Positions 29,308 to 38,944 are shown, counted from the stretch's first letter. The stretch: DNA of 64,000 nucleotides from an uncultured bacterium (GCA_943787795.1 CALSNU010000002.1:64001-128000); one strand, 5' to 3'. Notes: a model not told the origin generated them from the letters alone. Program-made: numbers and translations.

Positions 29308-32300
29308 TCAACGCCGCCGGAGCGCCGCAGCCGTGGCGCCCTCCGTCAGACCGTCCGGCGGCCCGGACGCCACGAGGCTCCCGCCGCCCGCGCCGCTGGA
29401 AGGGCCGAGGTCGATAACGTGGTCGCAGGCCGCGATGAGAGAGAGGCGGTGCTCGGCCATGAGGATCAGGTCGCCGCGGTCCGCGAGGTCTCGCAGGACC
29501 TCGACGAGGCGCCGTACGTCCTCCTCGTGCAGTCCTGTGGCGGGCTCGTCCAGCAGGCGCAGGGTGGGGCCAGCCTTGGCGAGGAGGCCCATCGCGAGGG
29601 TGAGGCGCTGGACCTCGCCGCCGGAGAGCTCGGGGACGGCGCGGCCGAGCGCCAGGTGGCCGAGGCCCAGTCGCCCGAGGCCCTCGATGCCCCTGAGCAG
29701 CTTGCCAAGCGAGGCCGCCCCCTGCAGCGCCCCCTCCTGAGCCCCCTCCAGAACACCGTGCAGCTCGTCCACAGGCGCGGCCATGAAGTCGGCGATGGAC
29801 CGGCCTTCCCAGCGGACGCCGAGGACATCGGGCCGGTAGCGCCGCCCGCCGCAGTCGGGACACGCGAGGTCCAGGTCCGCCATGAAGTCCATGGGGATCC
29901 GCTCCCGTCCCGTGCCCCGGCACGCCGGGCAGCGGCCCGCCGGGCTCGTGAAGGAGAACGCCCCGCGGGCGAGGCCGCTGCCGCCAGCCTCGGCGGCGAA
30001 CAGGGACTGCACGGCGCCCATCAGGCCCAGCGCGGTGACGACGGTGGACGCCTCGGTCGCGCGGCGTGAGCTCTGGACCTCCGCGAAGGTCGCGGGCGCC
30101 GCGCGCCCTCCGGTCCCTCCCATGACCATGCACTGCACGGGGGCGCCAGATCGAACGCTCGGCTCGATCACGTCGAAGAGCAGGCTCGACTTGCCGCTCC
30201 CCGAGACCCCGGTCACGGCCACGAGGCCCGCCGCGGGCAGGGCCACGTCGATGCCCTTGAGGTGGTGGGCCCGGCAGCCCTCGAGGACCCAGTCCAGGCG
30301 CGGCGCCTCGCGGCTGACCTTGAGATCGGCGCCGGCCGCGAGCGCCCGCGCGGTCGGTCCCTCGCCGGCGAGGACCTCGGACGGTGCGCCGATCGCCACC
30401 ACCTCACCGCCGGCGTCGCCCGCGCCGGGCCCGAGCTCGATCAGGTGATCGGCGGCCCGCAGGACGCCGGGGTCGTGCTCCACGAGCACCACGGTGTTCC
30501 CCTCCGCGGTGAACTCCCTGAGCAGCCCCATGAGCCCCTCCACGTCACGAGCATGGAGCCCGCTCGTGGGCTCATCGAGCACGAGCGTCACGCCCGCGAG
30601 CCCCGCGCGGAGCACGCTCGCGAGCCGCGTGCGCTGGAGCTCGCCGCCGGAGAGCGTCGGGCTCTTGCGCGAGAGCTGGAGGTGCCCGAGCCCCAGGGAC
30701 ACCAGCGACCCCACGCGCTCCCGGACCTCGGGCATCAATGCCTCGAGAACCGGCGATTGCCGCCCGTCCAGCTCGAGGGAACCGAGCTCATCCAGCAGGC
30801 GGTCGACGGGGAGGTCGAGGAGCTCCGGCAAGGTCCGCCCTCCCAGGGTCACGCTCCGCGCGCGCGGCCCGAGGCGCGTGCCGCCGCAGTCCTCGCAGGG
30901 GCCTGGGGCCAGGGGTTCCGCCCAGCTGATGAAGCTCTTCTGCTTGACCCGACGCTGGGCCTCGCGCTCGGCGAGGGCCAGCATGCCGTCCCAGGTCGCC
31001 TCGAACTCGTGGGTGCCCTTCCCCTCGCCCGCCTGACCGCCCTCGGCGAGCTCCCACCGCACCAGCAGCACCTCGTCTGAGCCGGCGCCCCTGAGCGCGA
31101 GCTCTTGAGCCACCTCGTCCAGCTCGGCGAAGGGCAGGTTCCAGTCCACCGACGGCCCCGCGGCCCGCAAGGTCGCGAGGAACTGCCCGTCCGCCTCGCC
31201 CAGGTACTTGCCCACCCGCGTCCCATCCATGGCCCCCGCGGTGATCGGGCGCGAGGGATCGGTGACGAGGCGCGCCGGGTCGCAGCGCGACACGGTCCCC
31301 TGGCCCTCACAGGTGGTGCAGGCCCCGGCCGCCCGATCCGGGCTGAAGTGCTCGGCCTGGAGCTCCACGGGCTCGCCGTTGAGCGTGCCCGCGCGGGAGA
31401 AGAGCAGGCGCAGGAGCGGGCCGAGCTCGCTCTGGGTCGCGACGGTGGAGCGCTGGCCCGCGCGGGCCTGCTGCTGGCGGAGCGAGATCACCGGGCCGAG
31501 GCCGTCCGCTCGGTCGAGCTCGGGCCGCGCGAGGCGCTTCATGTGGCGGCGCACCTGGAACGGGAGGCTCTCCGAGAAGCGCTGCCACGCCTCCCCCGCC
31601 AGGGTGTCGAAGGCGAGCGAGCTCTTGCCGCTCCCGGACACCCCGCAGACCGCGGTGATGGCCCGGCGCGGGAGGTCCACATCCACCGAGCGCAGGTTGT
31701 GGGTGCGGACGCCGCGGAGCTGGATGTGCTCGGGGAGGCGCGCCGGAGGCCGGGGGGCCCGGCCGGTCGCCGGGGCGTCGCCGACGCCGGGCGCTATCTC
31801 CCGCGCGACCCCATCCACCACGTCCACCCGCCGGTCCGCCGCGGCCCACAGGCCCCGGTGGTGGCTGATGGCGAGCACCGTGTGGCCCGCGTCGATGAGC
31901 CGGCCCAGGCTGCGCACCAGCCGCTCCACGTCGACGGGGTGGAGGCCGCGGTCCGGCTCGTCGAGCGCCACGAGGGTGGGCGCGCTCCCCGCCTCACCCA
32001 GCAGGGTCGCCAGCTTGACCCGCTGGGCCTCGCCTCGGCTGAGCCGGTTGGAGGGGAAGCCGAGGGGGACGTGCCCGAGCCCGAGGTCGTCCATCGCGGC
32101 GCACAGGGCCAGGGCCGGCGGGTCGTCCGCGAAGAAGTCCCGCGCCTCGGCGACGGTGAGGGCGAGGACCTCGGCGACGGTCTTCTCTCGCAGGAGCGCG
32201 GTCAGGGACTCGGACCGGTAGCGGGCGCCGCCACACGCGTCGCACTCGAGCTCGAGGTCCTCGAGCAGGTGCAGGCCGACCCGCTGCACGCCGAGCCCCT

Positions 32301-34071
32301 CACAGGCGGGGCAGCGCCCCTCCTTGGAGTTGAAGGAGAAGTGGCTCGCGCCGAGGCCTGCGGCGGCAGCCTCCTCGGTCGCGGCGAAGCGCTTGCGGAT
32401 CAGGTCCATCAGCCCCGACCAGGTGGCGGGGGTGCTGCGCGGCGTCCTCCCGATGGGGCGCGCGTCCACCGCGCGGACCCGCTGGCCCTGCGCGCCCTCG
32501 AGGCGCTCGAAGGGGCCGCCCGCCGCTCCCGCGAGCGCGGGGAGCAGGGTCCCAAACACCAGGGAGGACTTGCCCGCGCCCGAGGGACCCGTGACCACCT
32601 GGAGGGTCCCGAGGTGCACCGTGAGCTCCGCGCCGCGCAGGTTGTGGAGCGTCGCGCCCACCAGCCGAAGCGCTCCGCTGGGTTCACGACGCGGCTCGTC
32701 GTTCACGAGCGGCTCGCCGAGCGGCGCCCCGGACATGGGCGCGCTGCGCACGATGAGGCCGCCCTCCGGCCCGGCCCCTGGCCCGACCTCCACCACATGG
32801 TCCGCCTGGCGGACCATGTCCGGGTCATGCTCCACCACCATCAGCGTGTTGCCCCGGTCCCTGAGCTCATCGAGCACCGCGGTCATCCCCGGCTGACCAG
32901 ACGGGTGGAGCCCGAGGGTGGGCTCATCCATCGCCACCAGCAGCCCGCCCATGGGCGCGGCGAGCTGGGAAGCGAGCTGGATCCGCTGGGCCTCGCCGGT
33001 GGAGAGCGTCGTGCTCTCGCGGCCGAGGGACAGGTGACCGAGCTCGAGCAGGACCATGCGCTCGAGCCGTCGATGCAGCTCGGGGAGGATCGCGCGGGCG
33101 ACCTCGCTCCCCCCGACTCCGTCCACACCGTCGAGGGCGGGGCCCAGCTCGCGCGCGGAGAGCCGGAGCAGCTCCGGCAGGCGGCGGCTCCCGATAGCCG
33201 CCTCACGGCCGGGCCGTGAGAGGCGGGCGCCGTCGCACTCGGCGCAGGGGACCGAGCGGGCGAAGCGCAGGATGTTCGGGTTGCGGTTGCGCTTGAGGGT
33301 CTCCTCGATGACGGGGATGAGGCCGCGGTAGTAGCCCTCCTCCCGCGGCCGCGCGGTGATCCCCTCCCACCTCATGCGGGACTCGATGCTGTGCTTGCCG
33401 AAGGGGACCTTGAGCCGGCGCGTCCCCCGCAGGATCACGCCTCGCTGCTCGTCGCTGAGCTCTCTCCACGGTGTCTCCACGTCGAAGCCGTGGGCCCGGC
33501 AGATGGTGTCCATGACCTCCAGGGTCACCTGGGAGTAGACGGTGTAGCCGCTCTTGAGGGTCGGCTTCAGGGCGCCAGCGCGGATGCTCCTCGAGGCGTC
33601 CTCCACCAGGAGGTCCTCGCTCACCTCGTCCTCGACGCCGCTCCCGCCGCAGCGCTCGCAGGCGCCGACCGGGTGGTTGAAGCTGAAGTGACTGCGCGTC
33701 AGTGAGACCCCACCCGGGTCGTGCGCGACGCGGGCGTAGAGGAGACGCAGGAGATCGAGCGTGCCCGTCAGCGTCCCCACCGTCGAACGGGCGCTGGCCC
33801 GCGCGTCCGAGGAGCCCATGGCGATGGCCGGCGGCAGGCCGTCGATGGAGTCCACCGCCGCGCGCCCGAGCTTGCCGAAGAACTGACGGGCCCGGGCCGA
33901 GAGGGCGCCGAGGTAGCGCCGCTGCCCCTCACGGACGACGGTCTCGAAGACCAGCGACGTCTTGCCCGATCCGGACGGGCCAGTCACGGCGACCCACTGG
34001 CCGTGGTCCAGGTCGAGGTCGACGCCGCGCAGGTTGTGCTCCCGAGCGCCGCGGATCCGAAGCTCGCTCAC
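29308..34071 (-). CDS. Double-length UvrA-like ABC ATPase (two fused UvrA units, four Walker A motifs), about 1587 aa
   Basis: GAREHNL; Walker A motifs GPSGSGKT, GPSGAGKS and GVSGSGKS x2; LSxGExQR x4; CxxC pairs; GTG 34071 overlaps the ogt stop. Confidence 0.92.
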   Translation of the reverse strand: MSELRIRGAREHNLRGVDLDLDHGQWVAVTGPSGSGKTSLVFETVVREGQRRYLGALSARARQFFGKLGRAAVDSIDGLPPAIAMGSSDARASARSTVGTLTGTLDLLRLLYARVAHDPGGVSLTRSHFSFNHPVGACERCGGSGVEDEVSEDLLVEDASRSIRAGALKPTLKSGYTVYSQVTLEVMDTICRAHGFDVETPWRELSDEQRGVILRGTRRLKVPFGKHSIESRMRWEGITARPREEGYYRGLIPVIEETLKRNRNPNILRFARSVPCAECDGARLSRPGREAAIGSRRLPELLRLSARELGPALDGVDGVGGSEVARAILPELHRRLERMVLLELGHLSLGRESTTLSTGEAQRIQLASQLAAPMGGLLVAMDEPTLGLHPSGQPGMTAVLDELRDRGNTLMVVEHDPDMVRQADHVVEVGPGAGPEGGLIVRSAPMSGAPLGEPLVNDEPRREPSGALRLVGATLHNLRGAELTVHLGTLQVVTGPSGAGKSSLVFGTLLPALAGAAGGPFERLEGAQGQRVRAVDARPIGRTPRSTPATWSGLMDLIRKRFAATEEAAAAGLGASHFSFNSKEGRCPACEGLGVQRVGLHLLEDLELECDACGGARYRSESLTALLREKTVAEVLALTVAEARDFFADDPPALALCAAMDDLGLGHVPLGFPSNRLSRGEAQRVKLATLLGEAGSAPTLVALDEPDRGLHPVDVERLVRSLGRLIDAGHTVLAISHHRGLWAAADRRVDVVDGVAREIAPGVGDAPATGRAPRPPARLPEHIQLRGVRTHNLRSVDVDLPRRAITAVCGVSGSGKSSLAFDTLAGEAWQRFSESLPFQVRRHMKRLARPELDRADGLGPVISLRQQQARAGQRSTVATQSELGPLLRLLFSRAGTLNGEPVELQAEHFSPDRAAGACTTCEGQGTVSRCDPARLVTDPSRPITAGAMDGTRVGKYLGEADGQFLATLRAAGPSVDWNLPFAELDEVAQELALRGAGSDEVLLVRWELAEGGQAGEGKGTHEFEATWDGMLALAEREAQRRVKQKSFISWAEPLAPGPCEDCGGTRLGPRARSVTLGGRTLPELLDLPVDRLLDELGSLELDGRQSPVLEALMPEVRERVGSLVSLGLGHLQLSRKSPTLSGGELQRTRLASVLRAGLAGVTLVLDEPTSGLHARDVEGLMGLLREFTAEGNTVVLVEHDPGVLRAADHLIELGPGAGDAGGEVVAIGAPSEVLAGEGPTARALAAGADLKVSREAPRLDWVLEGCRAHHLKGIDVALPAAGLVAVTGVSGSGKSSLLFDVIEPSVRSGAPVQCMVMGGTGGRAAPATFAEVQSSRRATEASTVVTALGLMGAVQSLFAAEAGGSGLARGAFSFTSPAGRCPACRGTGRERIPMDFMADLDLACPDCGGRRYRPDVLGVRWEGRSIADFMAAPVDELHGVLEGAQEGALQGAASLGKLLRGIEGLGRLGLGHLALGRAVPELSGGEVQRLTLAMGLLAKAGPTLRLLDEPATGLHEEDVRRLVEVLRDLADRGDLILMAEHRLSLIAACDHVIDLGPSSGAGGGSLVASGPPDGLTEGATAAALRRR

Positions 34072-34820
34072 CGCTTCGCTCCCGTTGCGTCGACGAGGGC
34101 GGCCCCGATCTTCGCGAGGTCGTGACCCGCCGGGAAGCGGAGCACCGCCACCTCCGGGCCAGCGCACCCGGCGGCCTCTGGCCCCACCTCGTCGAACCTC
34201 ACGCCGCGGGACACGAGGGCCTCCACCACAGCCTCGAGCTCCGCGGGGGACAGGGTGAGCAGGCCGGAGCCATCAGGCTCCGCGATCAAGGGTGGGACCG
34301 AGGCCGCGGCCGCCTCGAGGTCGAGGAGCGCACGCTTGCGGTCCACGCCTGCGGCGTAGCCCGTGAGCTGCCTCCGAGCGCCGACCACACGGTGACAGGG
34401 CAGCGCCACCAGCAGCGGGTTGCGGCCCACGGCGGCGCCAACGGCCCGGACCGCGGCGGGCCTCCCGAGGCTCGCTGCCAGCTCGCCATAGGTGACGACT
34501 TCCCCATGGGGGATGAGGCGCAGGGCGCCCCAGACCTCCTGTTGAAAGGCTGTGCCGGAGAGCTGCGCGGGGACCGTGAAGGGATCGCGCGCGCCGCGGA
34601 GGTAGGCCCGCAGCTCCTCGTCGAAGAGGGCAAGGTGCGCCGCGGCCGCGTCCCGCCCGCCGGACTCGTCGGCCGCCCCCCCGGCCCTCGAGGGTCCATC
34701 CACGAAGCGCACCCCGGTCAGCCCGCCTGCGGTGGCCTCTGCTTCGACCCATCCCAGATCCGGGTCGCCCGCCATGGGCAGCTGACGTCGAGCGAAGGGT
34801 GAATGGGGGGGCGTGGGCAC
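34068..34820 (-). CDS. ogt: Methylated-DNA--protein-cysteine methyltransferase with C-terminal extension
   Basis: GTAFQQEVW, IPHGEVVTYGELA, RAVGAAVGRNP, PCHRV active site; start uncertain (34820 or 34775). Confidence 0.9.
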   Translation of the reverse strand: MPTPPHSPFARRQLPMAGDPDLGWVEAEATAGGLTGVRFVDGPSRAGGAADESGGRDAAAAHLALFDEELRAYLRGARDPFTVPAQLSGTAFQQEVWGALRLIPHGEVVTYGELAASLGRPAAVRAVGAAVGRNPLLVALPCHRVVGARRQLTGYAAGVDRKRALLDLEAAAASVPPLIAEPDGSGLLTLSPAELEAVVEALVSRGVRFDEVGPEAAGCAGPEVAVLRFPAGHDLAKIGAALVDATGAKR

Positions 34821-34868
34821 GCCGGATCATAGGTCCTCCTGCGCCCGGGCGTCCGGCCCGCCCTGCTA

Positions 34869-34908
34869 CGGAAGCGGCCGGCACCCCGAGGGGCGCCGGC
34901 CGCTTCCG
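34869..34908 (-). terminator. GC-rich hairpin downstream of cysC
   Basis: cggaagcggccggc...gccggccgcttccg inverted repeat; no clear U tract. Confidence 0.6.
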
Positions 34909-34959
34909 GATCGACCCCGACGGGCTGCGCCCGAGGGTGGTCGAAGGTCGGTCTGAAGA

Positions 34960-35520
34960 TCAGGCCTGAGCGGCGGTCGCGGCGATCAGGCCGCGCTCTT
35001 CGAGGTAGCCGAGGATCTTGGCCGCCGACTCCTCGATGGACTCGTCGCCGGTGTGGACCGTGATCTCGGCGTTGGTCGGCGCCTCGTAGGGGTCGCTGAC
35101 GCCGGTGAAGTTCTTGATCTCGCCGGAGCGGGCCTTCTTGTAGAGGCCCTTGGTGTCACGCTCCTCGACGACCGCGAGGGGCGCCTCGACGTACACCTCG
35201 ACGAACTCGGCGCGGGCCGGGTCGACCATGCCGCGGCACTGATCGCGAACCTCCTGGTAGGGGGAGATCGCGGCGGTGATCGAGCAGCAGCCGTTGCGCG
35301 CCAGCATGTTGGCGACGAAGCCGATGCGGGCCACGTTCGTGTCGCGATCTTCCTTCGAGAAGCCGAGGCCCTTCGAGAGGTTGGTGCGGACGACGTCGCC
35401 GTCGAGGACCTCGACGTTCTTGCCGCGCTCCATGAGGACGGGCGTGAGGTACTCGGCGAGGGTGGACTTACCGGAGCCTGAGAGGCCGGTGAACCAAAGG
35501 ACAAAACCCTTCTGGGACAT
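34960..35520 (-). CDS. cysC: Adenylyl-sulfate kinase
   Basis: [46 protein letters not shown]. Confidence 0.96.
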   Translation of the reverse strand: MSQKGFVLWFTGLSGSGKSTLAEYLTPVLMERGKNVEVLDGDVVRTNLSKGLGFSKEDRDTNVARIGFVANMLARNGCCSITAAISPYQEVRDQCRGMVDPARAEFVEVYVEAPLAVVEERDTKGLYKKARSGEIKNFTGVSDPYEAPTNAEITVHTGDESIEESAAKILGYLEERGLIAATAAQA

Positions 35521-35577
35521 GGTGATGGTTGGTTAGTTGGAGGAAGAAAATTGTTGATTGAATAGCGGGGTCCGGCG

Positions 35578-36540
35578 CTACCGGATCATCCCCTCGAGGT
35601 AGGGCACCTCGAAGCACTTCTCGTGCATGATCGGGCCGTGGCCGAAGTAACCGGCCTCACCGAACAGCTCGCCGTGGTCGGCGGTGACGATGATGTGGGT
35701 GTTCTTCGGGACCGTGTCATAGAGCTGCTCGAAGACGCCGTCGAGGTAGCGGACGGTGTCGATCTGCCGCTCCTTGAGCTCGTCGAGCTTGTCCTGGTCG
35801 AAGAACTGGAAGTCCTCTTTGAACTTGCTCTCCTCTTCGCTCTCGGCGATCTGGTCGTTCATCTTCCGGAAGACCCCGTTGACCCCGCTGATGCGCGGCC
35901 ACATGGAGGAGTCCTCGTCCGGCTTGGCGTAGGGGTAGTGCGTCTCCCCGACGTTGAGCAGGTAGAAGTGCGGACGCGGGCCGTCGAACTTCATGGTGGG
36001 CAGGATCGCCGCCATGTCGTTGTGGCTGTCCATCAGCTGGAAGCTGTCGAAGGCGCGGTTGATCCCCGTCTTCGGGTTCAGCACGGGCAGCGAGACGCGG
36101 GCGTGCGTGTCGTAGCCGAGCTTCTGCTGGAGCAGACCAGGCAACCAGAGCCCCGGGACCATGGCGCCGAAGTCGATGTCGGTGCCCTTGGAGCCGAGGC
36201 GCTTGTTGTAGTTGTAGAAGTCCTCCTTGTAGTACTCCGACGCGTACACGTTCTCCGGGGAGGTGTGCGGCAGGAGGCCCGTGAGGAGGTTGTAGTGGGA
36301 GGGCGCGGTCCACGAGGCGTACGTGTACCGCTTCTCCACCTTGCCGCCCGACAGCTTCGTGATCGTCTTCGTCTCCGCCGACATGAACGCGTCGTAGCGG
36401 CAGGAGTCGAGGATGATGATGATGAAGTGGTTCTCGGCCTGGGGGTCAGGCTTCTGGACCATCCCCGGCCGCATCGGGAGACGCGGCATGGGACGCGGCG
36501 GGGTCGCCGGCTTCTTCTTGAACTTGTCGAACAGGCCCAT
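35578..36540 (-). CDS. Cytoplasmic sulfatase-like hydrolase/transferase (AlkP superfamily)
   Basis: IILDSCRYD, ASWTAPSH (no CxPxR), ETHYPY, TADHGE, FGHG, VPY. Confidence 0.85.
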   Translation of the reverse strand: MGLFDKFKKKPATPPRPMPRLPMRPGMVQKPDPQAENHFIIIILDSCRYDAFMSAETKTITKLSGGKVEKRYTYASWTAPSHYNLLTGLLPHTSPENVYASEYYKEDFYNYNKRLGSKGTDIDFGAMVPGLWLPGLLQQKLGYDTHARVSLPVLNPKTGINRAFDSFQLMDSHNDMAAILPTMKFDGPRPHFYLLNVGETHYPYAKPDEDSSMWPRISGVNGVFRKMNDQIAESEEESKFKEDFQFFDQDKLDELKERQIDTVRYLDGVFEQLYDTVPKNTHIIVTADHGELFGEAGYFGHGPIMHEKCFEVPYLEGMIR

Positions 36541-36544
36541 CAGG

Positions 36545-37804
36545 TCACTCTCCCTTGGTCTTATAGAAGTCGACGAGGATCGCGGCGGTGGTCTCGCGCA
36601 TGATCCGGGGGTCAGGGTTCTCGCCGCTCACCAGCTGCTCGCGCACCTTGGTGCCGGAGATGAAGACGGACGTCTTGTCCTTGTTGGCCTCCATGAGGCC
36701 GACGCGGCCGAGCTCCTCGAAGTACGCGGCGAAGCCGACGTTGACGGTCTTGATGGCGAGGTCGCCGCCGAGCTCGTCGAACACGGTCTGGGCGTCAAAG
36801 TCGCCCCAGATCGCGGTCTTGTCGTCGAAGGGCGCGTCCGCGTGCTTGCGGCCGATGATGAAGTGGGTGAAGCCCAGGTTCTGGCGGTAGATGGCGTGCA
36901 TCACGGCCTCGCTCGGGCCGCCGTAGTACATGCGCATGTCCAGGCCGACGAGCTCGAGCTGGTCGTTGAGGTCCTGCCCCTTCGACTCCCAGAGCTCGAC
37001 GTCCTTGTCGCCTTCGCCGAGGAGCCGGTTCGACACGAGCGCCTCGTAGGTGTCCATGCGGGTCGAGGCCGGGACGTCGTCGCCCTTGAGCTGACCCACC
37101 AGCGGGTTGAGGATGACGCCGGTCTTCTTGCCGTTGTCGCGCAGGATGACCTCGGCCCCGTAGACCAGCGCGTACTCGTGGGCGCGGTGGAGGGGGTTGC
37201 GGGTCTGGAAGGCGATGGACTGCTCCCAGCCGCGGTCCATGATCAGGCTGCGGGTCTGGGTCGGGCCCATCACACGGCCCGCGAACGGGCGGGTGTCCTC
37301 GGCGGGCGCGAGGGTGATGGTGCCGCCGACGAGCTTGGTGCGCTCATCCGCGGTCCACAGGCGCGCGCCCGGGTGGTCCGTGCGCTCGGTGCGATAGACC
37401 GCCTTGATGAAGGCCGCCTTGTCCCAGTCATAGGCGCCGCCGTCGACCTCGAGGACCCCGAAGACCTCGCCGTCGGAGCAGAGGGCGATCCTCGCCCCGC
37501 CGGTGCACGCGGCGGCCTCGGCGTCGGTGACCGGGAGGATGATCGGGATGGTCCAGGCCCACTTCCCGCCGTTGCGCTCGATGGCCTGCTCGGAGAGGAC
37601 CGAGTCGTAGTCCGCGCGGGCCATCGGCCCCTCGAGGGGCGAGAGGGTCCCGTCCGCGATGCGGTAGAGCGTGGTGCGATCCACCTCGTTCACGTCCACC
37701 TTGGCGAGGTCCGCGCCGGCGCTCGCTGCGGCGGCGTCGATGCGGTTGACAGGGGCCTCGAGGCCACCGTGGACGGGAAGAATGGAAACGTTGGCGGCAG
37801 TCAT
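36545..37804 (-). CDS. sat: Sulfate adenylyltransferase
   Basis: LSPLEGPM, FQTRNPLHRAHEY, GPSEAVMHAIYRQNLGFTHFIIGRKHA, ISGTKVR. Confidence 0.96.
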   Translation of the reverse strand: MTAANVSILPVHGGLEAPVNRIDAAAASAGADLAKVDVNEVDRTTLYRIADGTLSPLEGPMARADYDSVLSEQAIERNGGKWAWTIPIILPVTDAEAAACTGGARIALCSDGEVFGVLEVDGGAYDWDKAAFIKAVYRTERTDHPGARLWTADERTKLVGGTITLAPAEDTRPFAGRVMGPTQTRSLIMDRGWEQSIAFQTRNPLHRAHEYALVYGAEVILRDNGKKTGVILNPLVGQLKGDDVPASTRMDTYEALVSNRLLGEGDKDVELWESKGQDLNDQLELVGLDMRMYYGGPSEAVMHAIYRQNLGFTHFIIGRKHADAPFDDKTAIWGDFDAQTVFDELGGDLAIKTVNVGFAAYFEELGRVGLMEANKDKTSVFISGTKVREQLVSGENPDPRIMRETTAAILVDFYKTKGE

Positions 37805-37844
37805 GTTGGTGGGGATTGGTGTGGGCGAAGCCCAGTGCTGGTGA

Positions 37845-38084
37845 TCAGAGGTAGCCGAGGTTCTCGAGCTTGCGCTTCACGTCGTCGAGCTCTTCCTGGG
37901 TGTAGTCAGAGCCCTCCACCCCCTCCGCGGGAGCGGCCTGGACGGAAGGCGTATCCCCCATCAGGTCTCGGAGCACGAAGACGATGAAGTCCGTGGGCGA
38001 GTTGAATCCGGACCCGTCGACCACCTGTTGGATCTTTCGATACAGGGGCCTGGGGATCTTGACGGTGACTTTGGACTCTCTCAC
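37845..38084 (-). CDS. Ribbon-helix-helix (CopG/Arc/MetJ-like) protein with acidic linker and C-terminal LENLGYL tail
   Basis: KVTVKIPRPLYRKIQ..V...GFNSPTDFIVFVLRD beta-alpha-alpha pattern. Confidence 0.82.
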   Translation of the reverse strand: MRESKVTVKIPRPLYRKIQQVVDGSGFNSPTDFIVFVLRDLMGDTPSVQAAPAEGVEGSDYTQEELDDVKRKLENLGYL

Positions 38085-38123
38085 GGCGGCCTACTGGATG
38101 CGACTTGGTAGCGAATGAGGGAC

Positions 38124-38221
38124 CGATCAGAGCGAACCCAGGGGGCTCGACACTCCAATCGCACTCTGATCGTACTCCTATCGGAGCCCCAGGGGTCGAA
38201 CTTGAGTGCGATTGGAGTGTC
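38124..38221. promoter_or_regulatory. Interleaved inverted-repeat element in the divergent intergenic region
   Basis: Perfect 18-bp IR gacactccaatcgcactc (38149-38166) / gagtgcgattggagtgtc (38204-38221), plus two further IR pairs; function inferred from position only. Confidence 0.55.
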
Positions 38222-38404
38222 CCGCCTTGGGATCGTCCCGCCTCCCCCTCTCTCGACCCGGGCGCGCAGCTCACGCTCCACGCCCCGGGCCCGTAGCCGC
38301 AGTAAGCTACCCCCGGAGGCCGTTCAGGCCCTCTCAGGCGCCTCCACCAGCCCACCTTCCCGGCCAGCCCGTCCCTCAGCCAACCACGGGCGGCCCCCAA
38401 TCCC

Positions 38405-38881
38405 ATGCAGTTCAAGAACATCCTCCTCCCCCTCTCGCTGACGTTCACCCTCGCCGCCTGCTCAGGCGAGGAGTCCGCTGATCCGTCCCAGCTCATCCAA
38501 CAAGGCCAGTACGACGCGGCCATCGAGGCCTCCGAGAGCCAGCTCGCGTCGGTCGAGACGGGCTCAGCCGACCACAAGGAGCTCGTCATCGTCTACGCCG
38601 AGGCCCTGGCCGAGAGCCGCGCCGACGAGTCCCGCGACGCCTTCCTGGCCTTCGCCAAGGCCCACCCGGACATGGTCGAGCCCAGGGACTACAAGTACGT
38701 GGTCAGCGGCCTGAGGACCCACGCCGCGTACCTGCAGGCCATCGATGTCATGGACGCCGGCAAGAAGCGCTGGGCCGAGGACAGCACGATCGACGAGCTC
38801 GTCGAGGCCCTCAAGCAGGACATCGCCAAGTCCGGCGACGCCGACAGCATGGCCAAGATGAAGGGCCTGGGCTACATGTGA
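38405..38881 (+). CDS. Helical (TPR-like) lipoprotein ending in KMKGLGYM
   Basis: Lipobox LAAC; LIQQGQYDAAI / YAEALA TPR-like helices. Confidence 0.8.
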   Translation: MQFKNILLPLSLTFTLAACSGEESADPSQLIQQGQYDAAIEASESQLASVETGSADHKELVIVYAEALAESRADESRDAFLAFAKAHPDMVEPRDYKYVVSGLRTHAAYLQAIDVMDAGKKRWAEDSTIDELVEALKQDIAKSGDADSMAKMKGLGYM

Positions 38882-38944
38882 GCCGGAAGGGCGGCGCTCC
38901 TCCGCCCCCTCTTCCGCACCCCTCATACGCCCCCTTCTTACTTA

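Noticed and set aside
38085..38404. SAM-I riboswitch or tRNA in the sat operon leader
   Set aside because: Could not find SAM-I core elements or a cloverleaf by eye; reported only as an unexplained IR element
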